A DNA stretch of 64,000 nucleotides, taken from the NCBI RefSeq assembly GCF_964355755.1, contig NC_092672.1:6076001-6140000 (forward strand), in the 5' to 3' direction. Positions 26,412 to 38,100 of this stretch are shown piece after piece. The notes beneath the pieces were generated by a model. The model was not told the DNA's origin. It made no database searches and saw nothing but the letters and a program-made list of their open reading frames with translations. A program made the position numbers and the translations under genes. Position 1 is the first letter of the stretch; every line of letters starts with the position of its first letter. The stretch comes from Antedon mediterranea (lineage: Eukaryota > Animalia > Echinodermata).

Positions 26412-27499
26412 GTTTGCCTTACCTTTTACACAGTTTGCTGAAATAAGTTTAAAGAAAAATTAAATTGAGGCCCATTTCAACGTAAGTTTGTACTTTGTTT
26501 ACAGTAGGCCATTTACTGAACTTTGTACTGTTATTAGTTTTCTATTTTTGGTACAAGCATGCAGAATTACAATGGGTTTAAGTTATTTATAAGTTACTAT
26601 CTGACAGTAGATGTTTGTTCATTCTCACCGCCCTCCCTTAACTCTGAAAATCTGAAATAGCTTAGGTGGTGATACACGTTTGGGAGATTCATGTGTTATT
26701 TGGAAGGAAAGTTTTAAACTTTTTTAAAAGCTCAAAATGTAGATTCAATAATTTCTTTCATAATTGTAAAATTTCCAAATTCTTTACACAGTTTTTCAAT
26801 AGATAGAAGAAGAATAGAAGATATCAATAGGAACATTCCCATGAATAGATTTATTATCTATTTTAAAAGCCCTAAAACGTCAATTATTAGTTGGAATTTT
26901 CAGTGCTTTTAGTTCCTTAATAGAGACAGTTAACTTGTCACATGTTAATACCTGGATTATTAATTGGAATTTCCAGTGTATTATATAATTCAATAATGAC
27001 AGTAAATGTGTTACATGTTAGCTTACAGGTAGGGTACCTGGATTTAATATATAATATGCAATGTTCAGCGCATAATTATTAAAGGTCTTTTTCCAATTAA
27101 GAACCCAGGTTTTAGTGGTATGTAGTCGCTCTGATTATAAGCCCTCCAACTAAAGACCGGTCACTAGAAGTGGTCTTTAAATCACCCTATTTAGAGGACA
27201 AATTAAATGTCAGAATGGTATGCTTCCCAGATTAAATCAGGTTGGTCCTCCTGTCCATTTGTGTGTATTTCAAAAACTGCATTTGTTTGATTTTCAGTCA
27301 ATTTTCTAACCTAAAGATACATTAAAGTGATCTTTAATTAAATTTGAAGGGAAATGTATTGTTCAGTTGGGTCCACCCATGGTCTTTGGTCTCTAATTTG
27401 AGGGAGTCTTTAATTGGCAGGAACTAATGATAAAAAAATAGGCGATCATCCTGGGCCACGGTACGGAGGTTTTTAATTGAAGGGGAGATCTGTATGATA

Positions 27500-27981
27500 C
27501 CCCTTTCACTCCAAAAGCAAAACTCTGGAGATGACGCTCTGCTGTGTGAAAGGTAAAGTTAAACAACTCCAGAGTTCAAAACACTGGAGTTCTCCAGTGG
27601 GTGAACTGCAGGGACATACCGTGACGGTCAGTGTGAAAGGTACCAACATCAAACTCCAGAGTTTTTAGGTCAACAGGTCATCCTCACACGATCAATCAAT
27701 CATTGCTTAGTTTTATTTCAAAATACTTTAAATATGTGAACAAAATCTACAAAATAATAAATAGTATAAATAAAACATTAAATGACTTCTGAGACTGGAA
27801 AATAATCATTAAATTAAAAATATTATCAATTAAAATGATACAAAATAGAGTATTTACAATTTTATTTCAAAAACCCCGGTGTTGCTATAGGTTGATGTGA
27901 TGGGGTCTCTTTAGAGTTTCTCAACATTTTGAATGGTCACAAACCCCGAGGAGATCATTTCGGAGTTTGGTGTGAAAGGGA
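27500..27981. mobile_element. MITE (ccctttcacNccaaa TIR, internal gtgtgaaagg repeats); second copy ~31539-32047
   Basis: Imperfect TIRs flanked by TA. Confidence 0.6.
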
Positions 27982-30900
27982 TATTATTGTTATTTATTTG
28001 GCTGTATGCCAAGGACTACCTACACAATTTAATCACTGTACCCAATATGTGGGAGTGAAAAAATAATTTCATAATTGCAAAATTTCCCAATTCTTACTTT
28101 ACTCCAGACTGTTATACTGATTTCAATAACTTATTATCTATTATTTCAAAACCTAAAGCGGTGCATTCAGTTCTTTGATAGGGACAGTAAACAAATTTGC
28201 TTTTACCTGGATTATTGGAATTTGTCGTCCATTAACTTCCGCGATAGGAACAATACAGTAGGCCTACCTTGGAATGTTGTGGTGCATTAGGTTCCTTGAT
28301 AGTGAAGTAAACTTTTCAGGTGTTAGCTTATACAGGTAGTGTACCTGGATTAATAATAATCATGCAATGTGCAGTGTATTATTATTATTTATTTTGGAAG
28401 TATGCCAAAGATTACCAATATTAATAACTGTCCTAATAGATGATAATCTTTAAGTCTGTGGGAAAGGAGTGGAATTGTTTGTTGCTATGAGAACAAAAAT
28501 CCTGACATAGTGTAAGGGAAGTAATAGTATAATCTATCAGCTTACTGCACTGCTGCACTGTTCGTTGGTTGGAAAATGATAACACTTGCCTTCTCAAGAG
28601 TTACTTAAATTTCAGGGAATTGCAGTGGTGTTTAAATCATGTTTGTTTTCCTTTATGCCAGGTTGTTTTCAATTAGTTAAATTTTTATTCAGAGTCTCTA
28701 TAAAACATTTATCGCTTTCTGTAATTTCTTTGATCTTAATTTGTTTATCAATATTTTAAGAGGGTGGTCCATTCAGCCGAGAACTACAATACAACACATC
28801 TATTAATTTCAACTTTTTGCCAAGGGTAGCTCTAACAGCAGCACTACAGAAGAGCCCCCTTATCTTGACAACAATGAGAGTTGCATATACTCCATATAAA
28901 TGTACTTATTGTTGATTTGCAATTAAACATCATCTCAATTTATGAAGTGCAATTACTGGATTGGCTTTTAATCAAATCACAAACAGAAAAACTCATTATG
29001 AAATATAGGAGATATACATATACTGCCCTACTTTGAGAAAAGGGCTTAACTACATTTTTTTTCGAAATTGAGATTTTTGTCTAATTTGACTGTTGGGGTA
29101 TATACTCTATCACTTGAATTGACCAGTTATCCCAAGATATGTCTATAAATATGAAATTTATAATAATAATTATTATTGGGAGTTATCTACAAACATGGCC
29201 TATAGAAATAATTTTTTTAAAAAGCCTCAACTACAGCATTCCACCAAATAAATAATAACAATATAAATAATAAACACATGTATTTTTGTCAATAACATCA
29301 AATGTTGGCGCCTTCCGGGTTGAATGATATTCACTAACCCAAATTTCTTTGTAAACAGTTCGTTTTTAAATCAAGTGACACAATACAGATAAAAGACATA
29401 TGCTTCATCAGATTTGAATGTTTATGTGTACAGTATAGATTTGTTACTTAATATTAGTATTAAGTGTAATAACCTCCAAAAATACAAAACATATTTGTCA
29501 AATAAAACACCACTGCATGGTTTTTCCAGTTTAAAATTGAAGCCAACTGTTACGATGCAGCCCCCCCCCCCCCCCCACCCCCCAATAGATGCTTCAACAA
29601 TTCAGAATTCCGAAAATAATAATAATAGTGCATATAAGCAAGCTCTTATTGCGCTGCAAATTACAAATTATTCCCCTGGTAATTTTTTAATCAAACACGT
29701 ATGGAAGCATACTCCCATAATAAGTTGTGTCTTGATCTAACCAGTACCGATTTAAACACTGGGTAGAGAGGCAAATTTAATTGTAAAGTGTCTTGCCTAA
29801 GGATACAGCGATGCAGCAATAGTTGGATTCAGACCACGATCTCACGATTAGTAATCCAACGTCCAACACACTGCACCCTCACTATAAAAACAAACAATTA
29901 GCAGCAATTCATTGCTGTCACTTCCCTATTTCAAAACGGAAGTGTTTGCGTTGCCAATTTCACTCATATATAATAGTTTAGGAGATTACGTTCGTTTGGT
30001 ACTTTCTTCATATTGTTCATTTGAGGAAGAAATTGTTAACAAATCTGCTGTTTATTTGTAAATGTCATTTTGTCATACTTTTTAAAAATTTTCGGTGGCA
30101 ATTAACTTTCATGACAAATGCTTCCTTTTAAACTTTAAAATCACCACCATTCAAATTCTTCAAGTGCAATTTTAGAAGAAATTTGAGTGATCAATAATAT
30201 CAATGGATAACAAAAAATGTAAACTTTAAGAAATATTGCATGACTTTCAAAGCCATGAGAAGTGATTTTGGGAGACTCCTTGGTTATCTGGACAACCAAA
30301 TGTGTCTTTGAACTCTTTTGTGCTGTTTGATCTGTAGTACCTACGGAAGTATTAAAATATCAATGTTAAATTGCTTTATAAACAAATAACATCACATTGT
30401 TTGTGGAGTAGTTCCCTGCAGTAGTTTACCCAGGGAGTTGTTATCTAAATACTCCCTGGTTTGCCTTACCTTTTACACAGTTTGCTGAAATAAGTTTAAA
30501 GAAAAACTAAATTGAGGCCCATTTCAACGTAAGTTTGTACTTTGTTTACAGTAGGCCATTTACTGAACTTTGTACTGTTATTAGTTTTCTATTTTTGGTA
30601 CAAGCATGCAGAATTACAATGGGTTTAAGTTATTTACAAGTTACTATCTGACAGTAGATGTTTGTTCATTCTCACCGCCATCCCTTAACTCTGAAAATCT
30701 GAAATAGCCTAGGTGGTGATACACGTTTGGGAGATTCATGTGTTATTTGGAAGGAAAGTTTTAAACTTTTTTAAAAGCTCAAAATGTAGATTCAATAATT
30801 TCTTTCATAATTGTAAAATTTCCAAATTCTTTACACAGTTTTTCAATAGATAGAAGAAGAATAGAAGATATCAATAGGAACATTCACATGAATAGATTTA

Positions 30901-33156
30901 TTATCTATTTTAAAAGCCCTAAAACGTCAATTATTAGTTGGAATTTTCAGTGCTTTTAGTTCCTTAATAGAGACAGTTAACTTGTCACATGTTAATACCT
31001 GGATTGGAATTTCCAGTGTATTATATAATTCAATAATGACAGTAAATGTGTCACATGTTAGCTTACAGGTAGGGTACCTGGATTTAATATATAATATGCA
31101 ATGTTCAGTGCATAATTATTAAAGGTCTTTCTCCAATTAAGAACCCAGGTTTTAGTGGTATGTAGTCGCTCTGATTATAAGCCCTCCAACTAAAGACCGG
31201 TCACTAGAAGTGGTCTTTAAATCACCCTATTTAGAGGATAAATTAAATGTCAGAATGGTATGCTTCCCAGATTAAATCAGGTTGGTCCTCCTGTCCATTT
31301 GTGTGTATTTCAAAAACTGCATTTGTTTGATTTTCAGACAATTTTCTAACCTAAAGATACATTAAAGTGATCTTTAATTGAATTTGAAGGGAAATGTATT
31401 GTTCAGTTGGGTCCACCCATGGTCTTTGGTCTCTAATTTGAGGGAGTCTTTAATTGGCAGGAACTAATGATAAAAAATAGGCGATCATCCTGGGCCACGG
31501 TACAGAGGTTTTTAATTGAAGGGGAGATCTGTATAATACCCCTTTCACTCCAAAAGCAAAACTCCGGAGATAACGCTCTACTGTGTGAAAGGTAAAATTA
31601 AACAACTCCAGAGTTCAAAACACTGGAGTTCTCCAGTGGGTGAACTGCAGGGACATACCGTGACGGTCAGTGTGAAAGGTACCAACATCAAACTCCAGAG
31701 TTTTTAGGTCAACAGGTCATCCTCACACGATCAATCAATCATTGCTTAGTTTTATTTCAAAATACTTTAAATATGTGAACAAAATCTACAAAATAATAAA
31801 TAGTATAAATAAAACATTAAATGACTTCTGAGACTGGAAAATAATTATCAAAAAAATTAAATATATTTTTTTTTTAAATTAAAAATATTATCAATTAAAA
31901 TGATACAAAATAGAGTATTTACAATTTTATTTAAAAAACCCCGGTGTTGCTATAGGTTGATGTGATGGGGTCTCTTTAGAGTTTCTCAACATTTTGAATG
32001 GTCACAAACCCCGAGGAGATCATTTCGGAGTTTGGTGTGAAAGGGATATTATTGTTATTTATTTGGCTGTATGCCAAGGACTACCTACACAATTTAATCA
32101 CTGTACCCAATATGTGGGAGTGAAAAAATAATTTCATAATTGCAAAATTTCTCAATTCTTACTTTACTCCAGACTGTTATACTGATTTCAATAACTTATT
32201 ATCTATTATTTCAAAACCTAAAGCGGTGCATTAAGTTCTTTGACAGAAAACAAATTTGCTTGTACCTGGTATTGGAATTTTTCGTCCATTAACTTCCGCG
32301 ATAGGAACAATACAGTAGGCCTACCTTGGAATGTTGTGGTGCATTAAGTTCCTTGATAGTGAAGTAAACTTTTCAGGTGTTAGCTTATACAGGTAGCTTA
32401 CCTGGATTAATAATAATCATGCAATGTGCAGTGTATTATTATTATTTATTTTGGCAGTATATGCCAAAGATTACCAATATTAATAACTGTCCTAATAGAT
32501 GATAATCTTTAAGTCTGTGGGAAGGGAGTGGAATTGTTTGTTGCTATGAGAACAAAAATCCTGACATAGTGTAAGGGAAGTAATAGTATAATCTATCAGC
32601 TTACTGCACTGCTGCACTGTTCATTGGTTGGAAAATGATAACACTTGCCTTCTCAAGAGTTACTTAAATTTCAGGGAATTGCAGTGGTGTTTAAATCATG
32701 TTTGTTTTCCTTTATGCCAGGTTGTTTTCAATTAGTTTAATTTTTATTCAGCGTCTCTATAAAACATTTGTAATTTCTTTGATCTTAATTTGTTTATCAA
32801 TATTTTAAGAGGGTGGTCCATTCAGCCGAGAACTACAATACATAATAATAACAACACATCTATTAATTTCAACTTTTTTTCCCCGATAGTAGCTCTAACA
32901 GCAGCACTACAGAAGAGCCCCCTTATCTTGACAATGTAACAATAAAAGTTGCATATACTCCATATCAATGTACTTGTTATTATTGTTCCAAGTATTGATT
33001 TGCAATTAAACATCATCTCAATTTAAGTGCAATTACTGGATTGGCTCTTAATCAAATCACAAACAGAAAAACTCATTATGAAATATAGGAGATATATACT
33101 TCCCTACTTTGAGAAAATGAAAACTACATTTTTTTTAAATTGAGATTTTTTTCTAA

Positions 33157-33335
33157 AGCGTGGTTCCCACTAGCGACGCAACACAAGGACGTAACGCAAC
33201 GCAAGTGAATTGACCAATCACAAGTGATGGCTTATTCGCTTGTGATTGCTAACCGTCTATAACTTCGCTTGTCATTGGTTAAAACGCTTGCGTTGCGTTT
33301 ACGTCCTTGCGTTACGTTCTAGTGGGAACCAAGCT
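33157..33335. mobile_element. Harbinger-like palindromic MITE present only in duplication copy 2
   Basis: taa|agcgtggttcccactag...ctagtgggaaccaagct|tta; empty site ctaatttgac at 29080-29090 in copy 1. Confidence 0.85.
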
Positions 33336-35196
33336 TTATTTGACTCTTGGGGTTACACTTGAATTGACCAGTTATCCCAAAATATGTCTATAAATATAAA
33401 ATTTATAATAATAATTATTATTGGGGCAAATAGAAATAATTTGATAAAAGGCCTCAACTATAGCAATTAACAGTATGATGAATATATAATGAGGCAGATT
33501 AATGCTCTTAGGGGAAAAGCCTTTTTCATATATTTTGTAAATTTTTTACAAATTACCTGTAATTAAAAGTTAACTAAAGTTATTAAATTCCTTCTTTAAT
33601 ATACCTGGATTATTAATTGTAATTTTTTGTGCAACTTCTGTAATAGTGACAGCTAGTGATTGTGTCACGTGTTAGCTTATGAATAACCCAGGTACAGTAA
33701 TCAATAGGACCTGGATTTAATTCATAATCATGCAATGTTCAGTGCCTAATATTACTGTTATTTATTTTGGCAGTATGCCAAGGAATACCTACATAATTTA
33801 ATCACTGTAGCCAATAGGTGGCAGTCTTTAAGGAAATGGAGTAATAATTTCATAATTGTAAAATTTCCAAATTTTCCCTTCCAAAGGAGAGGTTCTACCG
33901 TATTCAATTATTTGCTGAAACAACAATTTATTTCATATAATAGCTCGCCATGTAACCCACAATCGTCCAATCAAATGACAGGAATTTATTTAGGTGTTAT
34001 ATAATGCAATACACAATGTTGCCAGCTTTGTGTTGGAGTTCCTCAATGGTATTGGTCATTGTCATGGTTATTAACAATATATATCAAGAACTTTATTTTT
34101 AAAGGATTTGTTAATGCATTGTATATTTCTATGGCCAACTAAGAAATAGACAATGCTTCTTTCTTTTTTAAACTATTACGAAGAATTGTTTGGTTGACTG
34201 AAAAGAAATCTACGAGTCATCCTGATTCAACAATTTCATTTCGGAACTCAAACTTTCACCTAAAGATTTTTAAAAGGAATGTGGTTATTTTGATCTCTAT
34301 TCCTATTGAGGAAATATTGCTTTAAAAACATAGAACATATGGCCAGGATAAAATGGCTACTTAGTTGAGTCAAGTCTCAATCAAGTATACGGTTACACAA
34401 TCAAGTCTCAATATACCGGTCTGTCGTAATAATTTATTCTATTTTTTATTTTTCAAAACAAACTTTATTGCTTAACACAATTAGTGCTGCAATATGGATA
34501 ATAGAGAAATCTGTGAGACTGAGAGTGAAATCTAAGACTAAAAACTCAAATTTGGAAAAAAACTTAAAATAAGTATTTAACCTTTTTAAAAAAATCATCT
34601 CACTACCTATGTCTGGTTTTGATCATTAACAATACTATTAATTCCACTTGTTGCTTACACAAACACTGTAGGCATTTATACAATATATATATGAAACAGG
34701 AACTAAAATGTTTCTGGTAATGACCCAGACAGTGTGAAAAGGTTTTACAATACTTTACTTCTACACTTACTGTCTATTTAATTTTTAAACATTAGTAATT
34801 ACCATCATAAATAAACTAACCATCTTTTCCACCATGATTCTTTTTTGAAGTCTCAGGCAAACTTTCTTCTGTTTCATTGCTGTTTGACTCCATTTCTTGC
34901 AGATAAAGCTGTGATTTGTGAAGAATAAGAGTAACCTACTTGTAGCAACTTAAACAACCTGTAGTCATAATGAATGTGTTAATTGTCATAACCAATTACA
35001 GACTAAGAAAACAAGTCTTTCCTTTAATTAGTAAACAATCACAGCAGCTGTAAGATATTGAAAAGAGTACCTACTGACTGTATTATTACTTCAAATGTAT
35101 TGATTGTAAGTTGAGGGCGCACTGCTCTTTTGATCTTTAAAAAACCCAGAGAGTTGTTTTTGTTTTGTAATTTATTTAATTGAAAGTTGTATAAAA

Positions 35197-38100
35197 ATGA
35201 CCGAGGAAGAGGAAGAAAAGAAACATGTGAAACCTAAAGACCCTGTATTTGTTCCGAAGTCTACAAGTGCCAAACATCGCCTGCATATTGAACGCTTGAT
35301 GAAAAATCCGGTAATTTCATATGCATAGCCTGGCTAGTTAGGCCTAGCCTAGTAGTAGCCTAGCTAGTAGGCCTAGTAAGTAGGCACTAGGGGCCTAGTG
35401 GCCTACTAGGCTAGGCCTCTATAGCTATTCTTCGCTTGAGGAGGACCTAGGCCTAGCTAGCCTACTAATGCCCTGATACTATAAGCTAGAGTAAAACCTT
35501 TTACCACTAGGCCTAGTAGTAGTTTTACCTACTGTTAGCTAAACTTAACCTAGGGCTAGGCCTTGCCCTACTAACTAGAGGCCTAGCTAAATTTAATAGC
35601 GCCCAATTACTGTATTAAAATAAAAAATAATAATTAATATATTATATAGGCCTAGATATTTTTGTATGCCTACCTACCTATACCCATGAAGGTATAAAGG
35701 GACACCCAATTTTTCCAATCAAAATGTCAACTAAGTCTGCGTTTAATGCATGGTTTCTTACTGTATTGGTACAGTGAAACTGGCAACAGTTTTGACCATG
35801 CCGATAGCCACTTCCCTTTAATTCATAGATAGGGTTGATATGGTGCCTCTTAAATATCCTTTTACAATTGAAAGATACATTTTACCAAACTGCTAAATAA
35901 AATAAACAAATTGTATAATAATTATGATATTAAATCCAATTATTGCTCCTCTTTCAACACTAATGTGATCATATTTCAGGAAAAGGCTGTGTTTATACCT
36001 GAAGTAAGGAAAGTATGGAAACCCAGAGATGCCCCAGAGTTTGTCCGTGATGTAATGGGTAAATTTAATTGCTTTGCTATTGCACTTATACTACATTATC
36101 ACATTCCATTTCAAAATTGTATGTAAACTTGATATACCTGTAACACCTATAATACATGCAAGATATTTCATACCTTGTCAGTGTCGAGTTGAGCCATACT
36201 ACAGATATACTACATCGGTTAAGGCTGCATCACATCAATAATGAGATATGCCATTATTGCACACTCACTCGCTCTACCCTCTGTTGGCATCACTCTCTTG
36301 TCACATACTTCATACATGCTAACACTCTGTTTTGGCCGGGAGACTACCATACTGTATTTTAGACTTGTCTCCCGGCCTAGCATCATGCTCCCGGTTTCCC
36401 ACATTTTCTCCTAGATTACAAAGATGTGTTGTTTCTGCATTAAAATATAACCAAAAAAATCTAACACACACAAGTTTTGTTGACGATATTTAAGCCATTA
36501 TACAACGGTCATAATTTGGTAGTTTTTTTTCTGAACAAGATTCCATGTCACGCACTGCACTCTTTACCTCTCCTGGTCTTGATAATAAATAGAGGGGGCT
36601 GTTGCCCTAAAAAAAAACACCTAGTTTTTAAACTTCATATGTTGGTATGTATGATACTTGGATGCCTCATTCTTATACCTGTAGTATTGTTTTAACTATT
36701 TTCTTATGGTACTGTTTCAGGTTCAAGTGCTGGTGCTGGTAGTGGTGAATTTCATGTTTATCGTGGATATAGACGAAGAGAACAGATTCGACAAGATTAC
36801 ATTGATAATAAAAATGAGAAAGTATGCTCTTTATTTTTTATAAAATCTTCAACATTTTTCAAAAAACAGAACACGTTTTTTTATTAACCATAAATTATAT
36901 TTTTTATTTTGCAAATTTCAGGACGAAAAAGAAAGTGAATTCCAGAAAAAGTTAGAAGATAATAAAAACAAAGCAGAGGAAAAGACTGCTAAAAAGCGTG
37001 CTAAAAGGTATTTATGATTTGATTGGTTGCCACACAAGAATGATTATGCAATGCAAGTGACAGATTGTAACCTCCCTAGAGGATAGCAACAACACACTTG
37101 GCAATTCTTGGCTGTGTGCCTTAGAGTCTGTTTCTACTGCATAGCGCCGAATAAACCGTTTATTTCAAAATAGATTTAAAATGAAATTTTTTATTGACTG
37201 CATTTCTGATAAATTTTTTATCCAAAATAACAGTTTAAATGCAATTGGTCCTGGCGGTTAATTCAATCAAATAACCATAATTTTGTGTTGCAGCTTAAAG
37301 TTGCCCAGCAATAACCGGTTAAATGTTGTTCTAACACCGAATTGAATGGCTGTTTTTAACTGTTATTTTTGCACTGCACAAATTTTCCTGTTCTTCTTCC
37401 AAGAAATTGGGGTTAATTTATTCACACCGTTTTTTACCGGTTATTTTTATGCAGCTGAAACAGGACCTAAAGAAAGAAACAACGATTGCAATCTGAGACT
37501 TTACACATAAAATGACCTTCCACTTTCCATCCTGTGAAGGAGTTGTTTTAGATTCACCCTGCAGGATAAAAATCAAGAGAGGATTAGAAGTTTTTTTACT
37601 AGACACCAGTGGCCATATTCACCATTCACATTAAGGGAAACCTTAAAATTTTAAACAATCTCCTATCTAAGTGAATACCATTTATTAAGTTAAATAAAAT
37701 ACTTAAATATTTATGGGAATTATCTCACTTAATTGTGATTGGTGAATATGGCCACTGGATACTACTGAATTAAGCACTTTGTATGTCTGCGTCCATTTCA
37801 TGCAATTCAATCTCATTTTTGTTACACTTTCAGAAATAAAAAGAAACTCAATGCAAAATTGAAGAAACAAAAAATAGAAGAATCCAAAGGTAAGTTAATA
37901 CAGTAGAACCCCTACTTTGGGAAACCCCTATTAAAGGGACACCACTACTAAAAGACACCCCTATTAAAGGGACACCACTACTAAAAGACACCCCTATTAA
38001 AGGGACACCACTACTAAAAGACACCCCTATTAAAGGGAAACCTTATTAGGAAGACACCCCTATTAAAGGGACACCCTATTAAAAGACACCCCTATTCAAG

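Larger units (their letters stand above)
24091..33465. repeat. ~4 kb tandem duplication (copy 1 24091-29236 including the insertion; copy 2 29237-33465)
   Basis: Collinear near-identity, e.g. 25334 matches 29297, 26384 matches 30431, and 29221 matches 33447. Confidence 0.93.
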
